NCBI GenBank assembly: GCA_000004985.1
Contig: GG738951.1
DNA length: 24,047 bases
Strand: one strand, 5' to 3'
Origin: Naegleria gruberi
Lineage: Eukaryota
The notes beneath the pieces were generated by a model. That model was not told the DNA's origin and made no database searches. It saw only the letters and a program-made list of their open reading frames with translations. The position numbers and the translations under genes were made by a program. Positions 9,477 through 18,094 of this stretch are shown in pieces; position 1 is the stretch's first letter; each line of letters opens with the position of its first letter.

Positions 9477-10682
9477 TCACTTCTTGATTTTAATTTTAGT
9501 TTCTAAATTTGAACAATTAATGAAAGATGTATTTTTAATAACATTATTTAAATCAACATTAAATTTAATTGATAAATAATTTAATTTTTTTAAATATTTT
9601 AAAAAGGAAATTGTTGTAACATTTTCAATTTTTAAATATTTTATATTTTCTAAAATAATATTATTATCATTTATATTAAAATTATTAATATAAATACTTT
9701 CTAAATTAAATATTACTGAATTTATATTATTTAATTGTAAATTACCCATATAAAAATGTTTTAAATTTTTTAAAGTTCCATTTAATAAATATTCCCAAAT
9801 TAATTCATTTTCTAATTTATATACAGCTATATTTATTTTTAATTTTAAAATATTTTGTAAATAAATTGATTCAAATAAATATTTTAATATATTTGGATTT
9901 TTAATAGAAATTTCTAAACTTTGTAAATTTTTAAATTTTTCTAACATTTCACATAATTGTTCATCAATTATTTTAGTATATTTAAAATGTTTTAAATTAT
10001 TTGGAATTAAACTTGTTATTATATTACAATCTATTAATTCTAAATCTTCTAAATATGGAAAATTAATATTTGTAAATATTGAATTATAACTTTCAATTGA
10101 TAAATTTTTTAATTTTAATTTTCTTAAATTACAAGTTATTAAATTATTAGGAATTTCAAATTTTAAATTTTTACTTGAATCAAATATTAATAAATTATTT
10201 AATTTGTTAAAATCTATAATTATATTATTATTTATATTGTCATTATTTTTAAATTTTAAAATTTCAAGTTGATTCCAATTTGTATTTAAAATTAAAGATT
10301 CAACATTTTCAAAATAATTTGAAATTTCGATAATTTTAATTAATTTTAAACATGATGGTTGATTTATAATTAAATTAATTAAATAATTAGATATTTTAAT
10401 ATTTTTAGATAAAATTAAATGAATTGAAGAAAATAAATTAGATTTCATTATATTAATAAATTCATCACTTAATTTAGTTCCATATTCGGATAATGATATT
10501 TGTTCATCATTTAATTTTGAATGTTTAAATATTTGATAATCATTACATTTTAATATAAATTTATATTCTTCAAATTTAAATCTAATTATTTTACATGTGT
10601 TACATAAATTAATCCATTCTTTTATTCCGTTAGTAAAGGGTATTATTTGATGGTAGAATATTTCTGATGGCAAGTTTTGCAT
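9477..10682 (-). CDS. F-box-like / leucine-rich-repeat protein, 401 aa
   Basis: The ATG at 10682 is preceded by an A-run on the minus strand. The N-terminus LPSEIFYHQIIPFTNGIKEWINLCNTCKII fits the loose F-box pattern (LPxEI..I....L..L..VCK.). The rest is LxxLxL-type repeats (FPYLEDLELIDCNII, FKNLQSLEISI, LKNLKHFYMGNLQL, IKYLKIENV, LKKLNYLSIKF). Confidence 0.8.
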   Translation of the reverse strand: MQNLPSEIFYHQIIPFTNGIKEWINLCNTCKIIRFKFEEYKFILKCNDYQIFKHSKLNDEQISLSEYGTKLSDEFINIMKSNLFSSIHLILSKNIKISNYLINLIINQPSCLKLIKIIEISNYFENVESLILNTNWNQLEILKFKNNDNINNNIIIDFNKLNNLLIFDSSKNLKFEIPNNLITCNLRKLKLKNLSIESYNSIFTNINFPYLEDLELIDCNIITSLIPNNLKHFKYTKIIDEQLCEMLEKFKNLQSLEISIKNPNILKYLFESIYLQNILKLKINIAVYKLENELIWEYLLNGTLKNLKHFYMGNLQLNNINSVIFNLESIYINNFNINDNNIILENIKYLKIENVTTISFLKYLKKLNYLSIKFNVDLNNVIKNTSFINCSNLETKIKIKK

Positions 10683-10716
10683 TTTTTTTAAAGTTGATCA
10701 AAATTCAATCACATAA

Positions 10717-10788
10717 AACTTCTCTCGAAATTGAGTGATAATCAGAATTGAATAGCTGAATTGAATAGCTTCCCTTTAGAGAGAAGTT
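10717..10788. repeat. 10-bp perfect inverted repeat enclosing a perfect 13-bp tandem duplication
   Basis: AACTTCTCTC (10717-10726) is the exact reverse complement of GAGAGAAGTT (10779-10788). Between them, GAATTGAATAGCT occurs twice back to back (10745-10757 and 10758-10770). The structure lies 35-106 nt upstream of the minus-strand ATG at 10682. Confidence 0.8.
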
Positions 10789-11862
10789 ACATCATAAACA
10801 AAAATCGTCCAAAATTAATGCCAGTTATTGTGTGAAATAAAGGTAAGTGATTGGATGGGCAGTAGTATTAACTTATTATCAAGTTTAACATGGACGTCCT
10901 TTTCCTTCATTGAACTCAAGATCTTTCCAATCCTCGAAATCTGCCAAAGTTAATTGATCTTCTCCAGAAGTCTGTAAATGCAGTGACAGTCTAACACAGT
11001 GTTCTCTCTCGTTTGTTGTTAAAGTATACTCATGAAAACATGGTTGTGTAAGTGTATATCTATTGAATTCCGAAATGCGAACAGTGAGGGATATATTAGT
11101 GAATGTATGCAAACATCAACAGTGAACGATTATCCTTGTTCTATTATTCCAATTTAATAATGCTGTTTGAGATCCACTCTTGTTTGTATTCTAAGACTAT
11201 AGTAAATGTGTGATCATCACTATACCTGCCGCTTAACTCCTATGTTCCGTTTTCTAGATGTTAAAGAGTATTCCTATGCTCAAAGTTGACTATCTCCGAA
11301 AAAATAACTTAACTGTAAGCACATTACAATATTTAGGGGATTGTAAAGTCACTACCACTCAGCAGACTGTTTGCGATAGAACTAGCAAACTGCTTCCTAA
11401 GTTATTGTTTGTGTGTTTATACCAACTTGGCAATTGGAGGAGATCAGTTACAATAGAGAAGGAATGGAGATTGAATTTGGAGAATTGGCAGTTACTTCAT
11501 GAATAATTCTGAGTAAATTTACTTAGAAAAAATGTAAGTTGCCTTCCTAGATCTCAATCACTAGCAACATACAATGAATCCAACAAAAAAGCAAATTTAG
11601 AATAAAATGTGTATTTTGAGTAGTCGAACAAAGTTCCAGACCGAAATGTCAGCTGCTTCTAAGATACATGATCTTTCAATGAGAATAACCTAAGAGTGGA
11701 GTACTTGGGTAATAGACAGTGTAATAGTTGGTTTTTAGTTGGCTTTGTTCCCTCTAAACCCCATCCACAACCCTAATTTAATTTTCCCCAACTTCGAACG
11801 ATTTGGTTGGTTCGTTGGTTGGTAGTAGGTTGATTGTTGGGTAAAGGAATGAAATTGGTGGG

Positions 11863-11950
11863 TAACTATTCAATAAATATTCAGTAACCATTCAGTTATT
11901 ATATGGTAAACATTCAGTGACTATTCGGTGAACATTTAGTTTCTATGCGG
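11863..11950. repeat. Degenerate 11-bp tandem repeat, 8 units
   Basis: Read in 11-nt steps from 11863 the units are: TAACTATTCAA / TAAATATTCAG / TAACCATTCAG / TTATTATATGG / TAAACATTCAG / TGACTATTCGG / TGAACATTTAG / TTTCTATGCGG. The consensus is roughly T-R-A-M-Y-A-T-T-C-R-G. Confidence 0.85.
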
Positions 11951-12031
11951 CTTTTAGTGTGTTGGTTCATTTGACTGAAAGTTTCCCTTAATTTACAATT
12001 TTCATAATTTGAGTAAAACTGATTAATTTAT

Positions 12032-12501
12032 TTACAATTGTTGTGCTTCTTCTGAGTCTGATTGACCATTATCTGAATAAAGATCTGCACCATCTGATTC
12101 CATATCAAGCAAATTAATTGCGTCTGCTGAAGGTTGTGTTGCTCTTGTCAGGTTTTTTGATCCAATCTTTAACAAGTGTTAAAAAAACAACTTGTTCATC
12201 TTCTGCAACATAGCTCTGCAATGAAGAGAATTGACCATTGTTGGCTCTGACATGTTCTCTTGTTGGTGAAGAGGTAGAAGGTTGAATTTCTGTTGTTGAA
12301 TTGAGGATTGAACTCCTTCTATATATTAGAAACTTCGACATTGGAATTCTTCTTTCTTTTTGGCTTCTCTTTTTTCTTTAATTCTATTAGACTCTTTCTT
12401 TTAAAAGAACTCCACAGATTGCTGAATATCTTACTGACATTAACAATAGCTCTAATTAATTGTTGGAAAATAATTAATAAATAATTAAGGATAAACTTCA
12501 C
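12032..12501 (-). pseudogene. Three overlapping minus-strand open frames in different phases (basic K-rich, S/T-rich, acidic tail); a frameshifted or unresolved gene
   Basis: 12319-12501 gives ..LKKKEKPKRKKNSNVEV.. . 12114-12341 gives ..STTEIQPSTSSPTREHVRANNGQFSSLQSYVAEDEQVVFLTLVKDWIKKPDK.. . 12032-12178 gives HLLKIGSKNLTRATQPSADAINLLDMESDGADLYSDNGQSDSEEAQQL*. The frame changes coincide with T7 and A6 homopolymer runs (about 12150-12190). Confidence 0.25.
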
Positions 12502-12517
12502 TTAGAATACTTTGCAC

Positions 12518-12891
12518 TTATTTATATGTATCCGTTGACAATCCATTAACATGTTTTCTGCGCAATGTTTCACCAAAAGTTAATTGCAGACAATCTTTAC
12601 ATGAACTCATGGCAGTATCATTTTGGGGAATCCCTTTTCGCTTACAGTAAATTCGAATACATTGCATAACTTCTCTTTTTAATCTATATAAAATCAAATA
12701 ACTAACTAACAACTTGCTTACTTACGCTCGTTGAGTATCCTTCCATCCCACTGCAGCCTTGGGATAACAGTCAGCCAACTTTTCATATGTGGCTTCTGGT
12801 AAACATGTTATGGTTAATTTAGTCTTCTTCTTTGTTATTAGAATAATTTATGTTGAATAAATGGTGTTAAACTACTTACTTTTACGCACAT
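12518..12891 (-). CDS. Candidate small 3-exon gene (about 93 aa), unassigned; the 5' end is uncertain
   Basis: The hand-built model is exon a 12880-12891 (ATG TGC GTA AAA|GTAAGT), exon b 12726-12829, and exon c 12518-12683. The introns are 50 nt (GTAAGT..AAAG) and 42 nt (GTAAGT..TATAG), and both are in phase. The product is MCVK-KKTKLTITCLPEATYEKLADCYPKAAVGWKDTQR-A-LKREVMQCIRIYCKRKGIPQNDTAMSSCKDCLQLTFGETLRRKHVNGLSTDTYK*. A very canonical ATGCCAG|GTAAGT lies further upstream at 12975-12963, but I could not join it in frame. Confidence 0.3.
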
Positions 12892-13031
12892 GATGGTGAT
12901 GATGCTGAAATGAAGTAAAATTGGCAGTTGATGGAAAAGTTACAAGGTTGATGTAGAATTACTTACCTGGCATTTATTGTGTTTTTTTGATTCGAATTTT
13001 CAGTCGAAAGCCAGTTTTTAGACGAAAAAAA

Positions 13032-13565
13032 ATGTCTTTACAAAATAACAAGGAACAAGGTATCTATTTTGAAAGACGCTGTGATTCTTGCAAGAAATCT
13101 TTACACACAGTATTTTACCAACCAATTTCAAGTGCAAAATTCAAGATTCAAATTAAATGTAACTGTGAAAACTCTGAGTGTAAAAATTTTACTAAGGAAA
13201 AACTTGGATGTTGTTTATGTGATTATAGTTGTGTCAAATCTGAAACGTTGTTGAAACATATTACAAAAGAACATTCCATCAAGTTTCCAAAAGTGTGTTG
13301 TGATAAACATTACACCACAATGGAGGAATACGTCGATCATATCAATTTTAAACATCAAACCAACACAAAGAGTGCAATAGAACATCAACCGTTAAAGAGA
13401 TTATGTTTATCTAAACCAGAAAAACCAGTAAAGCTCAGCTCCTCTGCAAATACATCTTTACAGCATGTCATTACTCCTCAAAATGATACATTGGAGTGCA
13501 AGAATGTCTTTCATTTGATCAAATTCAAACCAGATGTAAATATTTCAAAACTCAACAACCAATAA
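13032..13565 (+). CDS. C2H2 zinc-finger protein, 177 aa
   Basis: The ATG at 13032 follows an A8-9 run; the track start at 12987 is TTG. There is a classical C-X2-C-X12-H-X4-H finger at 13209-13274 (CCLCDYSCVKSETLLKHITKEH), followed by a degenerate second finger (CCDKHYTTMEEYVDHINFKH). Additional Cys pairs lie N-terminally (CDSCKK, CNCENSECK). An adjacent open frame (13496-13753, GTG start in the track) may be a frameshifted or spliced continuation. Confidence 0.55.
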   Translation: MSLQNNKEQGIYFERRCDSCKKSLHTVFYQPISSAKFKIQIKCNCENSECKNFTKEKLGCCLCDYSCVKSETLLKHITKEHSIKFPKVCCDKHYTTMEEYVDHINFKHQTNTKSAIEHQPLKRLCLSKPEKPVKLSSSANTSLQHVITPQNDTLECKNVFHLIKFKPDVNISKLNNQ

Positions 13566-13879
13566 TTGATGAAAATGATACTGAACAGGACCAATATGTA
13601 TACTATGGTGTTGTAAATTCAAACATTCATGCAACAACTGGCTATGTTGCACTAAATCAAATAATTGGTAAATGTTTGATTCATAGTATTGCAGGCAAAG
13701 AAATGTTCAACCAATACTCGTTTTTCATGAATTTCCATAAAGTTAAATTTTAAAAATAGAACATTTATTAATTTTTGGCTTTGGAGGTGTATTCAACAGC
13801 GTCCAGCTACCACTACCACCAACTACATCCACTCTTAGGATCAAAGAACAGAACTGAATCGTTTAATTCAATAATTTAT

Positions 13880-16861
13880 TTAAAGTTTTGATTGTTGTTT
13901 GTTGGAATCATTGTTAATAATTTCATGAGCAGCAATTCTTCCATAAACAACACATTCCAATAAACTATTACCAGCCAATCTATTTAAACCATGTAATCCA
14001 CCTGATGCTTCACCTGCAGTATATAAACCTTGAATTGGTTCAACAGTATTATCATTTGCAATTCTTCTTAAAACTCTTGCCTTTTCATCAAATAATAAAC
14101 CACCATGTGTATAGTGAATGGAAGGTGTAATTCTTGAAATATAAATGGTATCATTTAAATTAAATAGAGTTGGGAATAAATTCTTTCCAAAATCATCTAC
14201 AATTGAATTATTTAATTGATATTGATTATAAAAATGATTATAATTTTCAATAGTATTAATTAATTGTTGTAAATTTAAATGTTGTAATGATTCTTGATGA
14301 GCATGTTGTAAATTATTAAATTTCTTAATAAAACCTTTACCAATATAAAAAGATAATAAAGATTCACTAAAAGATTTAGCAACATGATCATTCATAATCA
14401 TATAAGCAGTAGTATGTCCATTTTCAATTTCAGATTTACAATTTTTAAATATCATATCAGAAACATAATCTCTTCTACCTAATTCATTACAAAATCTATT
14501 ACCATTCTCATTAACTATAATACCACCATAAGCACGTAATGCTTCAGCTGCTAAAAATACTGTCATACTTTTAGGATTTAATGGATCAATAAATCCAGTT
14601 GGATGTACTTGAATAGATTCCATATGTATTAATGAGGCTCCTAATTCTTTAACTGCCATTCTAATACCTTCTCCATTAGCAAATTTACCATTAGTAGTTG
14701 GTAATTTTGATAATTGTGGTGCATATTCTTTTAAATATCCTTCTCTATCTGCTGCATATCCACCTGTTGTTAATACAACTGATGATACTTTTAATTCTTT
14801 AACTTGTTGTTCTTTTAATTCTTTTAATTGTTCTGATTGTGATTCTTTTGATTGTTCTTTTGATTCTTGTTCAAGAGTAATATATTTAATACCTGTTACA
14901 ATTGTATTATTATTTTCATCAATTAAAGTTAAAAAACCAATCATTTTAGTACTTGTCATTACAGTAACTCTATCATTTAAATTATTCTTAATATAATTTA
15001 ATAATTTAAAAGTAATTTCAGCACCAACATTCATTGCACGTCCAACTTTAGGTGGAGCAGAACGATGTGTACGTGCCATTGAATGACCACCACATTGTGT
15101 TACTAATTCCATTCCAATACCATGATTTTCTAAAAATTCAATTGCACTTGTTGATTCTTTAACAAGTGTTGAAATTAATTTAGGATTACCTGCTTGTTTA
15201 CCTGATTTAGTAGTATCAGATATAAATAAATCAACTGTATCAGGAATTGATAATCTTTCCTGTGCTTTAGTTAATACTCCATTAATACCTGATGTTGCTT
15301 TAGCACTATTACCACCTGTACGTTCTTCTTTTTCAATTAAATAAACATAACCTCCTAATTCTGCAATTTCAATAGCTGCTGATAATCCTGCAAGTCCACC
15401 TCCAATCACTGCTACTTTTATTGGTGATGATGATGATTGATTAGTTGTAGATGTAGATTCAGTAGTGGTGGTGGATTGTGTAGTAGATTGTTCAACAGTT
15501 GGAGTGTCCATACTTGGTTGATTGGTAGTAGTGGTATCGGATTGTTTTTGATCACTTGTTGGAGTAGTAGTGATAGGTGTAGTAACCTCTTCTTGTTGTT
15601 GTTTAGTAGTAGTAGTAGGAGTGGTGCTAGTAGGAGTAGTTGTTGTTGGTTCTTCTTGTTGTTGTTGTTCAACTTTAGCCTTTGATTCTACTTGTTTGGT
15701 TTCAGCAGTAACTGTAGGGGTTGTTGTTGGAGTACTTGGAGTAGCAGCAGTAGTAGTAGTAGTTTCAGCTTGAGGTGTTGTTGTTGTAGTTGATGTGCTT
15801 GGTTGAGTGGTGGAAGTAGTGGTGGTTGTTGGGTTCAAATTTGGAATTTGTTTTTTATGAATCTTATTTTGGATAAATTCTAAAGCTTGTTCAAATTCAC
15901 TATTTAAATTTGTATAAATTTTAATCCTATCACTATTATTTAATAAAATATTATTTAAATTATTATTATTACTATCAATAATATTATCATCATAATTATA
16001 AAAATAATTAAATTCTTCAAATAATGTAATTGTATTTTGATTAATAGAATTATGAATACTATTATTATCATTTTCATTTAAATTATTTAAATTACAATGT
16101 TTTAATAATGGTAATAAAATAGATCTAGTAGGTAATATATTTGTAATTAATTTATATAATTTTTTAAATAAAATAGATGATGTCTTTTTACCTAATATTT
16201 TATTATAAATAATTGAAATTAATTTATGAATAGATTTATAATCTTTAATTAATTCAATTATTTTATCAATTGTAATCTTTTCATTAATAATTGAATTATT
16301 AATTGGTAATATTGGTGAAAATAAAACTATATTTTCAATATTTTCAATATTATTATTTAATTGTTGTAATTGTTTATAATATAATAAAGTATAAAAAGCA
16401 CCTAATTGATGACCAATTAAACTATATGAATTTAATTTTAATTCATTAACAATAGATTGAATAGAATTCATAATTAAATAATATTGTTCTTTAGAACATG
16501 AACAAGTATTTAAAGTATTATTGTTAGTATTTAAAAAAGATTGACCAATACCAGGTCTATCAAATTTAATTAATCTAATAGAATGTTTTTTAGCTAATTC
16601 ATCTTCATTTAAATGTCCATATGAAAGTGATCCAGGTGTAGGATGTAATTGAATAACTGCATGTCCATTCAAATCACCCAATTCAATATAGGCTATTTTA
16701 GATCCATCCTTTTCAATATATTTTAATTTATTACTAATATTACTATTTAATAATGATTCTGTATGTTTAGGATTTTTATATAAATTAACATTACTTGAAT
16801 ACAATAATGATAAGACTATTGCAATCAAGGCTGTTGTGAGAATAAGTAATTTACTCAACAT
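13880..16861 (-). CDS. Fusion protein, 993 aa: N-terminal signal-anchor, alpha/beta-hydrolase-like module, Thr/Pro/Gln-rich linker, and soluble FAD-dependent fumarate reductase (FRD1/OSM1 / flavocytochrome c flavin-domain type)
   Basis: This is a single uninterrupted ORF whose ATG is preceded by A9. The hydrophobic N-terminus is MLSKLLILTTALIAIVLSLLYSS. The hydrolase-fold blocks are VIQLHPTPGS, FDRPGIGQS and SLIGHQLGAF. The linker spans about 15425-15840. The reductase blocks are VAVIGGGLAGLSAAIE (dinucleotide fold), TGGNSAKATSGINGV, DTTKSG, CGGHSMARTHR, IQVHPTGFIDP, AAEALRAYGGIIVNENGNRFCNELGRRDYV, and GLYTAGEASGGLHGLNRLAGNSLLECVVYGR. Confidence 0.9.
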   Translation of the reverse strand: MLSKLLILTTALIAIVLSLLYSSNVNLYKNPKHTESLLNSNISNKLKYIEKDGSKIAYIELGDLNGHAVIQLHPTPGSLSYGHLNEDELAKKHSIRLIKFDRPGIGQSFLNTNNNTLNTCSCSKEQYYLIMNSIQSIVNELKLNSYSLIGHQLGAFYTLLYYKQLQQLNNNIENIENIVLFSPILPINNSIINEKITIDKIIELIKDYKSIHKLISIIYNKILGKKTSSILFKKLYKLITNILPTRSILLPLLKHCNLNNLNENDNNSIHNSINQNTITLFEEFNYFYNYDDNIIDSNNNNLNNILLNNSDRIKIYTNLNSEFEQALEFIQNKIHKKQIPNLNPTTTTTSTTQPSTSTTTTTPQAETTTTTAATPSTPTTTPTVTAETKQVESKAKVEQQQQEEPTTTTPTSTTPTTTTKQQQEEVTTPITTTPTSDQKQSDTTTTNQPSMDTPTVEQSTTQSTTTTESTSTTNQSSSSPIKVAVIGGGLAGLSAAIEIAELGGYVYLIEKEERTGGNSAKATSGINGVLTKAQERLSIPDTVDLFISDTTKSGKQAGNPKLISTLVKESTSAIEFLENHGIGMELVTQCGGHSMARTHRSAPPKVGRAMNVGAEITFKLLNYIKNNLNDRVTVMTSTKMIGFLTLIDENNNTIVTGIKYITLEQESKEQSKESQSEQLKELKEQQVKELKVSSVVLTTGGYAADREGYLKEYAPQLSKLPTTNGKFANGEGIRMAVKELGASLIHMESIQVHPTGFIDPLNPKSMTVFLAAEALRAYGGIIVNENGNRFCNELGRRDYVSDMIFKNCKSEIENGHTTAYMIMNDHVAKSFSESLLSFYIGKGFIKKFNNLQHAHQESLQHLNLQQLINTIENYNHFYNQYQLNNSIVDDFGKNLFPTLFNLNDTIYISRITPSIHYTHGGLLFDEKARVLRRIANDNTVEPIQGLYTAGEASGGLHGLNRLAGNSLLECVVYGRIAAHEIINNDSNKQQSKL

Positions 16862-17152
16862 TTTTTTTTCACTTTTTATTGTTGATCAAATCCCTTTGTT
16901 GCTGCTTGTTGTATAAGTGATAGTAAGTGAAAGGGTACTATTTGAGACATTTGAACATTTTCGTAAGGTTTAAAAATAGTCAATAGATCGATGTTTGTTG
17001 TTGTTGTATTCAATCTTCATAATATAATTGTACTCAATTTTACTTTATTTTTCTCTCTTTTAAACTTCTCAAATAATCAATGTCATATAAAAATCAATAT
17101 AATAAAAATCAATATAATTCTTAAATAATATATATATTATATAAAAAAAAAT

Positions 17153-18016
17153 CTATTGTCTTGGTAAAATAGAATCTTTTAAATCTTGATTTTGTAACAT
17201 TGACCATTCTTGATCTGAAAAGATGAATAAATGAGAAGGTAAAGGTTTACCATTTGGTAATTTAACATTGGGTATTCTTAATTCATCAAAGAAAGGATGA
17301 GCTAAAGCATCCATTGGAGTAATTCTACGTTTTGGATCATATTGTAATAATTTTGTAATTAAATCAACACTATTATTCATTTCAATGAAAGGATCAATTT
17401 GTGAACCAGAATTTGAACCATTATTAGCTTGATAATTACGTTGTAAAAATTGAAATCTATCTGCAAAAACTTGATCCCATGGATTTGGTTTAACTTGTGG
17501 AAATTTAAATTCAGTATAATTCTTATTCATTGCTAAAATATCTTGTTTAGAAGGAGCACCTAATACTTTAATAATTTCAACTAATTGATCAACTGAACTT
17601 TCACCTTGAAATAAAGGAGTACCTAACATTAATTCACCCATAACACATCCACATGACCATACATCAACTGAACAAGTATATTTTGTTGATTGAAATATTA
17701 ATTCAGGTGCTCTATAATATCTTGAACAAATATATGATACGTTAGGTTCTCCTTCTTTTAATTGTTTTGCATTTCCAAAATCACATAATTTTAAAATTCC
17801 ACTCACTGGATCTATTAATAAATTTTGTGGTTTTATATCACGATGACAAATACCAAGTGAATGTATATATATCACTGAACGTAATAATTGAAATACAAAT
17901 AATTTAACATAAATACTTGGTACATAGGAATTATGTTTAGCATAATTCATACAAAATCTATAAACTGTATCAGGTACATATTCTAATACTAAATTTAAAT
18001 ATACTTCTTCTGGATC
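17153..18016 (-). CDS. GSK-3 family (CMGC) protein kinase, exon 2
   Basis: An AG acceptor lies at 18018-18017. The translation is [21 protein letters not shown]...[94 protein letters not shown]. It is near-collinear with animal GSK3 through subdomains V-XI. Confidence 0.9.
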   Translation of the reverse strand, partial: DPEEVYLNLVLEYVPDTVYRFCMNYAKHNSYVPSIYVKLFVFQLLRSVIYIHSLGICHRDIKPQNLLIDPVSGILKLCDFGNAKQLKEGEPNVSYICSRYYRAPELIFQSTKYTCSVDVWSCGCVMGELMLGTPLFQGESSVDQLVEIIKVLGAPSKQDILAMNKNYTEFKFPQVKPNPWDQVFADRFQFLQRNYQANNGSNSGSQIDPFIEMNNSVDLITKLLQYDPKRRITPMDALAHPFFDELRIPNVKLPNGKPLPSHLFIFSDQEWSMLQNQDLKDSILPRQ

Positions 18017-18094
18017 CTATTATTTTAAATTGTTTTAAATTGTTTTTTAAATATTATTATAGATATAAATATTATTATTATAAATATTATTATT

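Noticed and set aside
11258-11506. 82-aa plus-strand ORF with a genuine ATG
   Set aside because: The translation (MLKSIPMLKVDYLRKNNLTVSTLQYLGDCKV...) has no recognisable features. It is short for a region of this composition, where ORFs of this size arise by chance, and it has no supporting splice or start context. It is not reported as a gene, although RNA-seq could overturn this.
11755-11775. Possible DUSE-like ncRNA promoter element (dictyostelid [AT]CCCA[CT]AA) and nearby small RNA gene; also ACCCACAT at about 19028-19035
   Set aside because: The matches are imperfect (ATCCACAA, ACCCACAT). I found neither the conserved class-I RNA motif (CCTTACAGCAA) nor an snRNA-like sequence at the expected distance downstream. 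No tRNA T-loop (GGTTCGAnTCC) was found anywhere in the window either.
11771-11776. Telomere-like CCCTAA
   Set aside because: It is a single unit only, with no tandem array, in an internal location. This is chance.
15418-15773. Three overlapping ORFs (15418-15672 minus; 15437-15685 and 15570-15773 plus) inside the fumarate-reductase gene
   Set aside because: They fall in the Thr/Pro/Gln linker, whose ACA/ACC/ACT/CAA-rich repeats keep alternative and antisense frames open. The products are homopolymeric (L/V/S/C runs). They are artefacts of low-complexity coding.
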